Program-made: the position numbers and the translations under genes | The notes under the pieces: model-generated | The model's input: only the letters and a program-made list of their open reading frames with translations | The model's database searches: none | Told to the model about the DNA's origin: nothing | Part shown: piece after piece, positions 41,801 to 51,919 of the stretch | Layout of the letters: every line of letters starts with the position of its first letter | Position numbering within the stretch: position 1 is the first letter of the stretch | Origin: Nostoc sp. DedSLP01 | GTDB lineage: Bacteria > Cyanobacteriota > Cyanobacteriia > Cyanobacteriales > Nostocaceae | DNA: 64,000 nucleotides | Reading direction: 5' to 3' | Assembly: GCA_034530875.2 (NCBI GenBank) | Contig: JAVRCJ020000017.1 | Location: forward strand, 1 to 64,000

Positions 41801-42175
41801 GTTATTTCCTGCTTCCATCAGTTTTAATTCGTCGAGACTCCACCCTGCTTCTCGATACTCTCCTTTGAGAATAGATGTAACATCCAAACTAAACAGAGGA
41901 CAAAAATAAGATTTTTTATTGTCTACATCAATAAATTGGGGAAAAGACAACGCCCATAAAGTTTCCTGTTGACTTTGTTGCTCTTTGGCAACTTTTTGTT
42001 GCAGTTCTAAAAAAATGGTTGGTTCAATGAATACATGGTCACTTACTAGCTTTATACCACGCTGTTTTACTGTATCTTGACTAGCTGCTTCAATCCTAGC
42101 GTTACTGTAATCATCCAAAGCAATGTAATCGAACCAAGCATTGAGAATTGCATCTACTTTGCTAGCTGCGTTCAA
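38804..42175 (-). CDS. Superfamily 1 (Upf1/DNA2-like) helicase with coiled-coil insert and C-terminal PLD-like domain
   Basis: GPPGSGKT, DEAG, GDPLQ, EHYRC, TIHTFQGSEK and NVAVSRAK motifs; PLD-like NEKILVCD...GSWN. Confidence 0.9.
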   Translation of the reverse strand: MNAASKVDAILNAWFDYIALDDYSNARIEAASQDTVKQRGIKLVSDHVFIEPTIFLELQQKVAKEQQSQQETLWALSFPQFIDVDNKKSYFCPLFSLDVTSILKGEYREAGWSLDELKLMEAGNNLATFLGLDDEQRERLITQDGLRRFLETTFGQEFQTYEEWMRNVSIPRSRYQIQRQPYLFAFTGAIYSRNLKQDLKEIKSGSKNWLKPKHPAYEYLFGVPRLPEHEVTYMGAFPTNVPTNSQSTALKHAQTEPITAVQGPPGSGKTTLILHLIAQQVVQRALRLIESNQDINNLTVISSTNNKAVENVIEKLDDWLKDESLEHDFLYLKGGSKFNIQSPGGALEDLQQALDYLQINRFDQTYLNTLIQKIKQIKNELEFEESNFLEERRQRTLDEERLTQLVEKIQALEQYLEEILTAKSNSQRRARQLSDYDQLPVEAYRQLEVILNTAKMRLPEGKISWWKKILLWFSGRTEKQIVTKTAEACQPAILNTVNTIFPVKVIETRNDLIQQAWLVSERLTKADELKTIQNRLKELSGDIASTEQQRDKASRELTFLENRLATPLEDFYAYFHQNFHNQQQELFELSRKFLTQQALCYKERVKGSLELYSNVLAGGNWKDKKKMAENLNEHIKNVSLFFPVITSTLLSIRNILPWVEECVDRTIVDEAGMIDLHKTFPLLVRSRKAIIVGDPLQIEPVITLSNQRRDEYRQTAFLDTGLTEIDYHRYSPEEEYSATTYHRAAGASGEDNDQGQGICLIEHYRCQPSIIEYCNAIAKYGLEVKTPPVTSLVNSNLVAYHVEGSISRNVNEEEVSAVGDVIQHLQKQGYSLQNIGVISPFNVHARALREYLTQKFSGLDAKSVGTIHTFQGSEKKVIILSTKVCGTQDNVNWINNRPNLLNVAVSRAKELFILVGNLYRLEKGKLTRQLVEHIREYGDILDYKSEAEIPQPQPGATLIYDCDHLKVFRDAIEQAEEELAIVTPWIRDDESKRFVNDIVSALEKGVKVRLIYGSKSSEENDGNDVEIEKNLEELFCQYPGSYLNRLGKKTFIESRGTNEKILVCDTKFAIVGSWNWLSHPYRKQCSRSLINSKVQIRRETSIQVSDSLSIEDIKARIIQLITP

Positions 42176-42318
42176 AATTACCTCCAGGTTGCGCTACTGG
42201 TTTGAGTTTTCTATGTATTATTACTAGTTAACTGGGATACTAAAAAAAATTACGCTGAAATATATACTTTTTTTAGACATGGGTAGTCATCACTCATTCT
42301 TCTATTCTTTTGCACCAG

Positions 42319-43302
42319 TTATTTGTTGTAATTACCACCAATATGAATATCACCAGCTTTCTCAATATTTGTAATGTTATTTGCCACTTGCTTACCTATG
42401 AATTGACCAATTTTGTAAATCTTTTGCGTTGCTTCATCTTTGGCTTCATCCCATCCTTTATCAGGTAAACCTTTGCCGCCCCGAAGTTTAGCAATTACAA
42501 AATCTCCTGCATCCATATCAAAATGCGGAGTTTGTTCGGCATTACACAGCTTACGCGCACTTTCAGGTACAGTTTTTCCCAAATAATTCATTAAATTAGA
42601 AACCCGAACTTCTGTATCTCCAGGCTGATTCCCAGCACCTTGCAAAGCTTCCAAAAAATGATAAGTATAGATGCTACTTGATTCATCTTTTATCCAAGAT
42701 TTTTGCTCAGCTTTTGAAGAAGTAAAAACTACTCTCCCTTCACCTTGTTTTAAATCATCAATTAAAACTTTAGATGGAGCAACTCTAATAAAATCTTCAA
42801 ATTCTTGTTCTAGTTCTAAATCAGCCTCTTTAGAAGTTGCCATCCCAGCAGCATGACAACTATCAATCACAACCAATAAACGTTCTGCCTTTATTTGTCG
42901 TAATGCATCTGTGAAAGTTTCTGCCGCTAGTGCAGAAGTAACAATTTGATTAGGCTTAATATCATGTTGTGCTAAATAATAATGTTGTGTTTTTTTATCT
43001 AAAAACCCATGCCCTGAGTAGTAAACAAACACAGTAGCATTGCGATCGCTAGCTGATTTTTCTTTTAACCAGTTTAATTCATCTAAAATTCCCTTCTTAG
43101 TTGCACCTTGATTATTTAAAACTCGAATATGCTCTTTATCATTAGGATAAGCACATAATTCAGTATCAATTAAAGCAGTATAAATTGCCTGAGTATCTTT
43201 TACGGTTACTGGGAGTGACAATGAACTATAACGTGACTCGCCGACACCAATTAATAATGCATAACCGTGAGTAAATGTATTGGTCACTTTTATATCAGCC
43301 AA
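42319..43302 (-). CDS. Caspase-family (peptidase C14) protease
   Basis: YALLIGV, YYSGHG (catalytic His), DSCHA (catalytic Cys), SIYTYHFLEALQG and EQTP motifs. Confidence 0.92.
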   Translation of the reverse strand: MADIKVTNTFTHGYALLIGVGESRYSSLSLPVTVKDTQAIYTALIDTELCAYPNDKEHIRVLNNQGATKKGILDELNWLKEKSASDRNATVFVYYSGHGFLDKKTQHYYLAQHDIKPNQIVTSALAAETFTDALRQIKAERLLVVIDSCHAAGMATSKEADLELEQEFEDFIRVAPSKVLIDDLKQGEGRVVFTSSKAEQKSWIKDESSSIYTYHFLEALQGAGNQPGDTEVRVSNLMNYLGKTVPESARKLCNAEQTPHFDMDAGDFVIAKLRGGKGLPDKGWDEAKDEATQKIYKIGQFIGKQVANNITNIEKAGDIHIGGNYNK

Positions 43303-43342
43303 TTAAATGAATTCTACTTAAGTAATTATACAGGCAATATTT

Positions 43343-43999
43343 TTATCTATCTAAATTTAACAAAGTGTTAACTAAATCACTAGCAATGACAACATAAACA
43401 CCATTAACGTGATTGCTAGCAATATCTACATTACCCTTGGTAAAGCAAAGCAGTGCAGTCACCCACCGCGCATTTTTTAAATGTTTTACTTCTTTAGCTT
43501 GGCCTTTAACTTTGCTAATTAAATCGCCTTCGTTAAAATCAAAAGTACTTTTGCCGTAGCGTTTACGCAGACAATTATTTTCATAAACTTTAGTACCACC
43601 GTGAGACTTGACGTCAACTACATACCAGTTGCCTTGAGGTGAATGCAACACTACATCTGCATCTCCCCATCTCTGAATTCGGAGGTTATATTCTATTTGC
43701 CATCCTTGATGTTGCAAGGGACGTAGTAATGTCGCTACTTCAGTTTCAGCCTTAGCACCACGTTGAGCATCACCTGCTCTTTTCATTAAATATTGTCCTT
43801 TACAAAAGGAGTAGCACGAACCTACTAATCCCCCAAGCAAGAGCAACATTCCCACAAAAGAAGTACTTAAAATACTGAATAATAGTACTGTTCCCGTCAA
43901 AACAACTATTGCAAAAGCATAACTGAGCATCGCAGACTGGCGACGTTCTTTAAACAATTTACGGATTTGTTCTCCCGGATGTTTTTTTCGTCGTGGCAA
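43343..43999 (-). CDS. Membrane-anchored NERD-domain nuclease
   Basis: Two N-terminal TM segments; GAKAETEV, GDADVV and VVDVKS PD-(D/E)xK-like motifs. Confidence 0.82.
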   Translation of the reverse strand: MPRRKKHPGEQIRKLFKERRQSAMLSYAFAIVVLTGTVLLFSILSTSFVGMLLLLGGLVGSCYSFCKGQYLMKRAGDAQRGAKAETEVATLLRPLQHQGWQIEYNLRIQRWGDADVVLHSPQGNWYVVDVKSHGGTKVYENNCLRKRYGKSTFDFNEGDLISKVKGQAKEVKHLKNARWVTALLCFTKGNVDIASNHVNGVYVVIASDLVNTLLNLDR

Positions 44000-44213
44000 G
44001 TTATGTAAATACTGAAACTATGAAAATAGAGGATACCATAAGGTTCGCAATTTCCAATCCTAACCAGTCACACATCGCAGATGCATATATTATTGTGTAC
44101 TTTCAGCAGTGAAAAAACTGAGAAACAATGCAAAAGTTAAAATTACTGACATCTACATCAAAACTACTGTTAAAATCCAAATAATTTTCAGTTAAAACTC
44201 CTACTCGACTCCT

Positions 44214-46100
44214 ATGAGAGAAACTGTCCTAGAGGTTCGCAATCTACAAGTTGAATTTCCCGGTGATGGCAATATCGTCAAAGCTCTGGATGGTATTTCC
44301 TTTGAATTGCGTCGAGGTGAGACTCTAGGAATAGTAGGAGAGTCAGGAAGCGGAAAATCAGTGACATCCTTGGCGGTAATGGGTTTGTTGCAGGCTCCTG
44401 GTAGAGTAGCTGGCGGTGAAATTTGGTTTCGTCCTCAAGAGAACGCCAACCCCATCGATTTGGTAAAACTGTCGCCAGAGGAAATGCAGTTACATCGTGG
44501 TGGCGACATCGCCATGATTTTCCAAGAACCGATGAGTTCGCTCAATCCAGTTTATGACATTGGGTTTCAGCTAACAGAAGCGATAATGCGGCATCAAAAC
44601 GTTTCAGCCGCCGAAGCAAAACAAATTGCGATCGCAGGTCTGCAAGAGGTCAAACTATTACCTAGCGATGAAGAACTCCAGCAGCAATTTATCGAAACTT
44701 GGCATCAAAACAACGCCAACTCATCGAAACCAGATACGCAAAAGTTGGCACAGTTGGTTAAAGAACACAAAGAAGCGATGCTAAAACGCTACCCACATGA
44801 ACTTTCTGGAGGTCAGTTGCAGCGGGTAATGATTGCAATGGCGATTTCCTGCAACCCATTAATATTAATTGCCGACGAACCAACCACAGCCTTAGACGTG
44901 ACGGTGCAAGCAACAATTTTAGAGTTGTTGCGAGAATTGCAGCAAAAGCGTGACATGGCCATGATTTTCATTACTCACGACTTGGGACTAATTTCGGAAA
45001 TTGCCGACCAAGTAGCAGTAATGTATAAAGGCAAAGTTGTAGAATCTGGCGCTTCTAACCAAATTTTTAGCAATCCCCAACATCCATATACTAAAGGTTT
45101 AATAGCCTGTCGCCCCACACTCGAGCGCCGTCCCCAAAAATTACTCACTGTTTCCGACTACATGAACGCACAAGAAACAGAAACGGGACAACTAATAATT
45201 CAGGAGAAACAACCCGCACAACCTCCACTAGTGACTAGCCAAGAGATTTCTGCAAGATTGGCAAACTTAAATGAGAAGGAACCCTTGCTAGAAGTTCGCA
45301 ACTTAAAAGTTGGTTTTCCAGTACGCGGGGTATTTGGTGGAACAAAACGCTACAGTATGGCAGTTAATGGCGTTTCGTTTAATGTCAAACCAGGCGAAAC
45401 AGTGGGATTGGTGGGAGAATCTGGTTGCGGTAAAACCACCCTTGGTCGAACCTTGCTGCGATTAATTGAACCGATGGGCGGTCAAATTATCTTTGAAAAA
45501 CAAGATATTACCAACCTCAAAGGAGAACGGTTACAAAAACTGCGGCGGGAAATGCAAATAGTCTTCCAAAATCCTTTTAGTTCCCTTGACCCACGGATGA
45601 AGGTTGGGGACGCAGTGATGGAACCATTGTTAATTCACGCTGTTGGTAAGACAAAACAACAACGCCGCCAACGCGTAGCCGAACTTTTAGAACGGGTAGG
45701 TTTAAGCGCTGATGCAATGAACCGCTATCCTCACCAGTTTTCTGGCGGTCAACGCCAGCGGATTTGTATAGCGCGTTCTTTGGCATTAAATCCCAAATTT
45801 ATTATTTGCGACGAATCAGTTTCAGCTTTGGATGTGTCGGTACAAGCGCAGGTGTTAAATCTGCTGAAAGAATTACAGTCAGATTTTCAGTTGACTTATA
45901 TTTTTATTTCTCACGATTTGAGTGTAGTGAAATTTATGAGCGATCGCATTTTAGTCATGAATCGCGGTCAAATTGTCGAAGAAGGCACAGCCGAAAGCAT
46001 TTACCAAGAACCAAAACAAGAATATACACAAAAATTAATTGCCGCAATTCCTACGGGTAGTCCCGAACGCGTGCGAAATCGCCAACTTAAGGCGTCATAA
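44214..46100 (+). CDS. Oligopeptide/dipeptide ABC transporter, double ATP-binding protein
   Basis: Two NBDs: [16 protein letters not shown] and [16 protein letters not shown]. Confidence 0.93.
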   Translation: MRETVLEVRNLQVEFPGDGNIVKALDGISFELRRGETLGIVGESGSGKSVTSLAVMGLLQAPGRVAGGEIWFRPQENANPIDLVKLSPEEMQLHRGGDIAMIFQEPMSSLNPVYDIGFQLTEAIMRHQNVSAAEAKQIAIAGLQEVKLLPSDEELQQQFIETWHQNNANSSKPDTQKLAQLVKEHKEAMLKRYPHELSGGQLQRVMIAMAISCNPLILIADEPTTALDVTVQATILELLRELQQKRDMAMIFITHDLGLISEIADQVAVMYKGKVVESGASNQIFSNPQHPYTKGLIACRPTLERRPQKLLTVSDYMNAQETETGQLIIQEKQPAQPPLVTSQEISARLANLNEKEPLLEVRNLKVGFPVRGVFGGTKRYSMAVNGVSFNVKPGETVGLVGESGCGKTTLGRTLLRLIEPMGGQIIFEKQDITNLKGERLQKLRREMQIVFQNPFSSLDPRMKVGDAVMEPLLIHAVGKTKQQRRQRVAELLERVGLSADAMNRYPHQFSGGQRQRICIARSLALNPKFIICDESVSALDVSVQAQVLNLLKELQSDFQLTYIFISHDLSVVKFMSDRILVMNRGQIVEEGTAESIYQEPKQEYTQKLIAAIPTGSPERVRNRQLKAS

Positions 46101-46102
46101 AC

Positions 46103-46207
46103 AATTCGCAATTCGCAATGACGCTCCTTCTCTGCGAGACGCTACGCGTAGCTTGTTTCTCCGTAGGAGTACGTCGCTAACGCTGCGCTAACGCAATTCG
46201 CAATTAC
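46103..46207. repeat. Nested SDR elements within an (AATTCGC)n array
   Basis: AATTCGC units flank GC-rich gacgctacgcg / cgctaacgctgcgctaacg modules. Confidence 0.6.
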
Positions 46208-46218
46208 ATTAGTTATTT

Positions 46219-46992
46219 ATGAATAATATTTTGAGAAGCAATAATTGGAATACTTCGCTTTATGAAGATAAACACGCCTTTGTTTGGGAATATGGCGAAG
46301 ATTTATTGCAATTACTCAATCCTCAGCCAAAAGAATTAATTTTAGATCTCGGCTGTGGTACCGGACAGTTGACCGAAAAAATTGCCCAAACTGGTGCTGA
46401 AGTATGGGGAATTGATAGCGCACCCACAATGATAGAAAAGGCAAGAGAAAACTATCCTCATATCCGGTTTGATGTTGCCGATGCAACAAATTTTCAAGTT
46501 GAACAGCCCTTTGATGCTGTGTTTTCTAACGCTGTGCTGCATTGGGTGAAACAAGCGGATAATGCCATTGGTTGTATCTATCAGGCTCTAAAACCTGGAG
46601 GGCGTTTTGTGGCAGAATTTGGTGGTAAGGGAAATGTAAAAGCGATCGCCATAGCTTTATCCAATGCTTTAGAAGCAATTAATATACCAGTAAAAGACCG
46701 AAACCCTTGGTATTTCCCCAGCATTGGCGAGTATGCCACCTTATTAGAACAGCAAGGCTTTGATGTTATCTATAGCGTCCTATTTTCTCGTCCAACTCCC
46801 TTAGTAGAGGGAGAAGCAGGTATGGCAAATTGGATTAAGATGTTCGCCAGCAGTTTTTTAACAGGACTATCTGACGAGCAACAAATACAAGTAATTCGCG
46901 TCGTGGAAGAATATCTTAAGCCAACACTTTATCAACAAGGAAATTGGACAGCAGATTATCGAAGAATTCGCATCGTTGCAATTAAACTGTAG
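46219..46992 (+). CDS. Class I SAM-dependent methyltransferase
   Basis: ILDLGCGTG and FDAVFSNAVLHW motifs. Confidence 0.9.
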   Translation: MNNILRSNNWNTSLYEDKHAFVWEYGEDLLQLLNPQPKELILDLGCGTGQLTEKIAQTGAEVWGIDSAPTMIEKARENYPHIRFDVADATNFQVEQPFDAVFSNAVLHWVKQADNAIGCIYQALKPGGRFVAEFGGKGNVKAIAIALSNALEAINIPVKDRNPWYFPSIGEYATLLEQQGFDVIYSVLFSRPTPLVEGEAGMANWIKMFASSFLTGLSDEQQIQVIRVVEEYLKPTLYQQGNWTADYRRIRIVAIKL

Positions 46993-47176
46993 ATTGTGCG
47001 AATTTTAACTAAAATTAGGGTGTAGGGAAAGGAAGCAAAGAATAATATTTTTATATACGCTGACTCAAAATTAATAAAGGTGTAATGCTTTACCAAAATC
47101 TATGGTTTGTAACCCTTAGAAATTACCCTACACCCTTGAGTTTGGCTTGTTTTTTAATTACGAATTAATATCAGTT

Positions 47177-47734
47177 ATGAATATACCTAAATTTTGTGTA
47201 GACTTGAAGCGGCTTATCCTAAGGCATCGCCAGACATCATTTGTATTACTAACAACCATTAGCCTCACAAGTTTATTAGTTCCACCCTCACTAGCACAAA
47301 CACTCTCCATACCATCGCCTTCTAGTGCACCTTTAGAACTAGATTTATTGTCGAAGCAAACAGGCAATATAATCACAGCTACCACCATCAACCTATCACA
47401 ATTAACCGTTCCTAGCCTATGGTGGGCACAACAAAATGCTGAGAAAAAGCTATTAGATAATTGGATAGCATATCCAGCTGTTGAAAAAGAACCTGCCCGA
47501 GTTGATTTGATAGTCAATCAGCAGATTTGGAGCTTATTAGATTATGTACAGCGCTATGATTTTGTGAATCGTTTAGGTAGCACTGCCCGTAACTTTGGTT
47601 ACAATGTTCGCGTATTCAATTATCAAAAAGAATCACTAGCAACCTACACTTGTAACTTTAGTATTAGTCCAGCTTTATGCAGTATCCAAATGGCTAGTCA
47701 GAACAAGATAGGATTAGGGCGTTCTTTGGAATAA
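47177..47734 (+). CDS. Hypothetical secreted protein
   Basis: Signal-like N-terminus, VPSLWW segment; start at ATG 47177. Confidence 0.7.
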   Translation: MNIPKFCVDLKRLILRHRQTSFVLLTTISLTSLLVPPSLAQTLSIPSPSSAPLELDLLSKQTGNIITATTINLSQLTVPSLWWAQQNAEKKLLDNWIAYPAVEKEPARVDLIVNQQIWSLLDYVQRYDFVNRLGSTARNFGYNVRVFNYQKESLATYTCNFSISPALCSIQMASQNKIGLGRSLE

Positions 47735-47784
47735 GTCGAGAGTGAAGATTGTCTAGGCTTTCTAGCAATGAATGATATTAAAGT

Positions 47785-48465
47785 ATGCTCCGACAAATTT
47801 ATCATTTTTGGTTGCACCATATACATCCTCGTTTAGCTACCTTAATTGCCACAATTGGTATTGTTGGACTTACTACTTGTCTGCTGATTCTTTTTCTTTT
47901 AGCAAAACTTGCTGAAGAGGTTTTGGAGCGAGAAGCCTTCGCATTTGATACAAGTTTTTTGTTATGGCTACATCAATTTGCCAATCCAAATTTAGATAGT
48001 TTAATGCTGTTTATTACAAATCTTGGCAATCCAAGTACTGTGGTTATAGTTGCAACTCTGACTTTCTTATTACTTTGGTGGCAACGTTATCGAGAAGAAG
48101 CGAAAGTTTTTGTATTTGTTTGCTTGGGAGCATTAATTTTAAATACAGAACTAAAGTTATTTTTTTCTAAACCTCGCCCTGAACTGTGGGATCGCTTGAT
48201 TTCTGAAACATCTTTTAGTTTTCCCAGCGGTCATGCACTCGGTTCTATGGTGCTTTATGGTTTTATTGCTTACGAGTTAGCAACTCACTATCCTCAATTT
48301 GCTAAAGTTATTTACACTTTAGTAGTTATTTTAATTGCTGCGATCGGTATCAGCCGCTTATATTTAGGAGTCCATTGGCCTACTGACATAATTGCAGGTT
48401 ATGGAGTTGGTTTTTTGTGGCTAATGATATGTATTACGATGCTTAAATTGCAAAGATTAAGGTAG
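47785..48465 (+). CDS. PAP2-family phosphatase
   Basis: KPRP, SFPSGH and SRLYLGVHWPTD motifs. Confidence 0.93.
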   Translation: MLRQIYHFWLHHIHPRLATLIATIGIVGLTTCLLILFLLAKLAEEVLEREAFAFDTSFLLWLHQFANPNLDSLMLFITNLGNPSTVVIVATLTFLLLWWQRYREEAKVFVFVCLGALILNTELKLFFSKPRPELWDRLISETSFSFPSGHALGSMVLYGFIAYELATHYPQFAKVIYTLVVILIAAIGISRLYLGVHWPTDIIAGYGVGFLWLMICITMLKLQRLR

Positions 48466-48722
48466 GAAAAGTGAATTGATTAAATTGCACAATCATTCAT
48501 GCTGTTGACCGTAGACGGTTAACAATAGACCAATACGGTTCAGTTAAGGAATTTATCTGTTCAGGTAAGCAGAGGGAGCAGAGGAGGCAGAGGAGGCAGG
48601 GGGAAAGGAAAATACCAAACCTTTTCCCTTTTCCCTTTTCCCTACTTCTGCAAGAAGTCTAATGTAGAGGCGGTTTCTAATCCTCTGCTCGCGTGTTGAC
48701 TTTTCCCTGCCTCTTTGCGCGA

Positions 48723-49880
48723 TTAAACCTTAATTTTGGCAAACAAAGATTCGTATTCTTTGGTTGCTGATGGAGATAAGGGAAGTAAAAATTCGCTTTT
48801 ATCTAAAACTGAAGCATCGCTTTGTAATAAACTCCTTAATGGCTTTTGAATTTCAGAAGCAACAATATTTGTAGAAATTGGCGAATTACTTTTGGTGAGT
48901 AGAGAAATTTGCCTGGCGGTGCTTGGTTGCCAACAAAAATTAATCCATTGGTTTGATAAAGTATTTGCTGCCACACCTGCCGGACGCACCCACAAGTCTG
49001 CCCAAATTGCTGTTCCTGATTGAGGAATAACTGCCGCCAATTGCGGATAAGCTCCTAGAATTGGCAATATATCGCTTGACCAACCAACAGCTAGCCAAGT
49101 GTCTCCCATAATTAGAGGTTCTATGTAGTTAACAGAACTGTAGAACTTTACTTGTTGATTTAATGCCTGTAATTCCTTTTCTAAGTCTGATACTTGGTCA
49201 AGATTTTCTGTATTGTAAGATTTTCCTAGTTTCTTTAAGACCAAGCCAATAACCTCTCGTGGTTGATTGGGTAGAGAAATACGCTGCTGTAACCCATCTC
49301 GCCACAAATCGCTCCAATCTTGAGGCGTCCATCCCAATTCTCGCAGCTTGTCACGATTATAAATAATCGCTGTGCTACCCCAGCGATAAGGCGCACCCCA
49401 AACTTTTCCTTGAGGATCTAGATTACCTTGGTCGTTGCGCGTTACTAATTTTCTCCACCTTTCATCCAAAACAGACCACTGCTTTAATTGGTTTCCTTGT
49501 AACTCTTGGAGTGATTGAATCAATTTCTGCTCGATAGCTGCTTTTAGCCAATAATCTCCCAATGTGACTAAATCCGCTGTAGCTGCTTTTGAGTCTTGCC
49601 TAAAAGGAATAAACCGAGTCCATCCTTGTTCGTCTGTAGCTTTTGACTTCTGCTGCCAATCTTTTAATTGACCGAATAATTCCTGTATCTGTGCCACAGG
49701 AGCAAACTTCAATTCCACTTTTTGCTGCAAACCTTTGTGGAATTCGTTAACTACCTGCCCTGGTATAGAGCCTTTTAATAACTGTACTTTTAGTTGAGCT
49801 TGGTTGTTTCCACTACAGCCAAAAAGCAGCTGTGAAACTGTCAGTGTACTTGTACTTAGTAAGAAAGACCGTCGATCCAT
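48723..49880 (-). CDS. Extracellular solute-binding protein (PotD-like)
   Basis: Twin-arginine lipoprotein signal (DRRSFL...FGC); PYRWG and GWSSD motifs. Confidence 0.82.
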   Translation of the reverse strand: MDRRSFLLSTSTLTVSQLLFGCSGNNQAQLKVQLLKGSIPGQVVNEFHKGLQQKVELKFAPVAQIQELFGQLKDWQQKSKATDEQGWTRFIPFRQDSKAATADLVTLGDYWLKAAIEQKLIQSLQELQGNQLKQWSVLDERWRKLVTRNDQGNLDPQGKVWGAPYRWGSTAIIYNRDKLRELGWTPQDWSDLWRDGLQQRISLPNQPREVIGLVLKKLGKSYNTENLDQVSDLEKELQALNQQVKFYSSVNYIEPLIMGDTWLAVGWSSDILPILGAYPQLAAVIPQSGTAIWADLWVRPAGVAANTLSNQWINFCWQPSTARQISLLTKSNSPISTNIVASEIQKPLRSLLQSDASVLDKSEFLLPLSPSATKEYESLFAKIKV

Positions 49881-50235
49881 TGATTTTGGATTTAAGATTT
49901 TTAATTTATACCTATATTAAGCAGAGATTCACACAAATTGGCTGTCTGAAAAGTTATAGTTAGAAAATTTCAGCATTTTTTGTTGGTAATGACGATAAAT
50001 CTGAACATTTACCTCAATTTAGCTAGCTTTTATGCAAATGGCTACATCAAGATTAAATTATCTCAATAATTTTGCTGGCTAGTACTGATGCTAAATCTTT
50101 ACTTAATATTTAGAAGTAATGATTTAAATGTCACATTGCCACAAAAAATATGAATACTTAAATAAATCATAAGTATAGTTAAGATTGACAGTAAATTGAA
50201 TAACATAGAAAAAAATATGCCAATGAGGGTAATGA

Positions 50236-50610
50236 ATGGAGCCATTACAAAAGCAAATCCTGATTTTGAGTCAAAAACTGGATGCCCTCTGCCAAGTCAT
50301 TGAGCAACTTGACATTAAAGTAGCTCAAACTTATTCAGAGTGTTCTTTAGCGAATACACAAGCAAAAGAAAATTATCAAGAAAATAGCGGGTTTGGAGGT
50401 AACCAGTTAAAAGGACGTATTAGTTCAAATTCAGAAATGGAACACAAAGACGTCTTAACAGATGGCGCTTATATAGACATGCATCGTCAAGGTGGAGATA
50501 ATAACTTAACACCAGAAATTCAAATACAACGACTAACAGCGCAATTAACAGCAGCTTACAATCGTATTGCTGCCTTAGAAGAACAATTACTTAGAGAAAG
50601 AATTCATTAA
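50236..50610 (+). CDS. Hypothetical coiled-coil protein
   Basis: C-terminal PEIQIQRLTAQLTAAYNRIAALEEQLL heptads. Confidence 0.75.
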   Translation: MEPLQKQILILSQKLDALCQVIEQLDIKVAQTYSECSLANTQAKENYQENSGFGGNQLKGRISSNSEMEHKDVLTDGAYIDMHRQGGDNNLTPEIQIQRLTAQLTAAYNRIAALEEQLLRERIH

Positions 50611-50640
50611 TTGAGTCAATATTCATGAGTTCAACTATTA

Positions 50641-50667
50641 ACCGGAACTTAAAAAGTTTCCGGTTTT
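50641..50667. terminator. Putative bidirectional terminator
   Basis: ACCGGAAC...TTCCGGT hairpin with a T-run between convergent genes. Confidence 0.5.
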
Positions 50668-50668
50668 G

Positions 50669-51919
50669 CTATTGGTAATTGACTAAGCTCAGCCTTTCAA
50701 GTTGGGCTTCGATCGCTGCTAAAAGTTGCTCTTGCTGCCAATCTTGCCTCAGATGGGCAGCTATACAAGCTGCCCCAGCACCCACACCTTCTTTAACAAA
50801 GCCCTGCTCGTAAGCTCTCAGTTGGGGATAACAAGAATTACTAAAGTTGAGAGTAGTTGCTAATAAAGGAGGAGCTGTTGCAATCACAGTTGAACTACCT
50901 TTAGTTAAACTCAGAGCTAAGTCAACAGTAGCGCCGGTAGGATCTTCTGCCACCCACCGCGTTGTACCTACAACTACTTCTTCTGGCTGCCATGATAAAG
51001 CGTAAGCTTGAGCGATCGCACTCATTAGCGCATAAACCGCTAGCATTTGCGTCCCTCCAGCCAGCAGAACACCACAACTACGACTAGCAGCGATCGCCAT
51101 TCCAGCCACCACTACCTGCATCGGATCGCCCACACCAGCAACCAGTTTTAGAGGGTCAAGAGAATTTTGAATTTTAGATTTTGGATTTTGGATTGAAAAT
51201 TGGGATTCGATCTCCCCCTGCTCCCCTGCTTCCCTGCTCCCCTGCTCTCCTGCTCCGATCCTCTCCAATCCAGCTTGCACTAGCGCCCACTTTTGCGCGT
51301 GGTTACAAACAGGGTGGCTACTGTTAACTTTTCCGGCAGCTTCTATACCTAAACCAGTTAAAATTGCCAAAGCAGTTGTAGTGCCTCCAACGACGCACTC
51401 ACTAATAATCAGATATCCCTGTTGAATATTGGCAGCAAGGCGTTCTCCCCAAAGTAGCCCTTGTTCGAGCAAATAATGTACCGTCGTGATTTCCATAGCA
51501 GTGCCACCACTTAAACATTTAGCAGGAGCGCCACCCAAATCGATCGCTGGAACAGCGGGAGCCAGCGGTAAACCAGCATTAAACAAATGCACTGGTATTT
51601 TTAGCGACTCCAAAACAGCACGAGAAATCAACACAGGCGAAGCCCCAGCTGCCAATGGTGGTAAGGAATATTGCGGCTGATGTTCCGCACCGTAGTATAA
51701 AAACTCGGCATCCGCACAAGCAGTATATTTCCGATCCTCTGGAGTGCGACCGGCTGCTGAAATTCCTGGAATTAAACCAGTTTCAGTAAATCCTAAAACA
51801 CAAGCAAAAATCGGTAGAGAACCACGATACCGTCGCAGCCATTCTTCACCCTGTTCTTTTTGGGTATAAATACGAATTTGAGAATTGGGCATGGGAGATG
51901 GGAAGGCAGGGGAGGACAA
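50669..51919 (-). CDS. cobT: Nicotinate mononucleotide-dependent phosphoribosyltransferase
   Basis: IPGISAAG, ECVVGGTTTA, GDP, LAGGTQM and YEQGFVKEGVGAG motifs; start uncertain because it lies in repeat DNA. Confidence 0.88.
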   Translation of the reverse strand: MSSPAFPSPMPNSQIRIYTQKEQGEEWLRRYRGSLPIFACVLGFTETGLIPGISAAGRTPEDRKYTACADAEFLYYGAEHQPQYSLPPLAAGASPVLISRAVLESLKIPVHLFNAGLPLAPAVPAIDLGGAPAKCLSGGTAMEITTVHYLLEQGLLWGERLAANIQQGYLIISECVVGGTTTALAILTGLGIEAAGKVNSSHPVCNHAQKWALVQAGLERIGAGEQGSREAGEQGEIESQFSIQNPKSKIQNSLDPLKLVAGVGDPMQVVVAGMAIAASRSCGVLLAGGTQMLAVYALMSAIAQAYALSWQPEEVVVGTTRWVAEDPTGATVDLALSLTKGSSTVIATAPPLLATTLNFSNSCYPQLRAYEQGFVKEGVGAGAACIAAHLRQDWQQEQLLAAIEAQLERLSLVNYQ

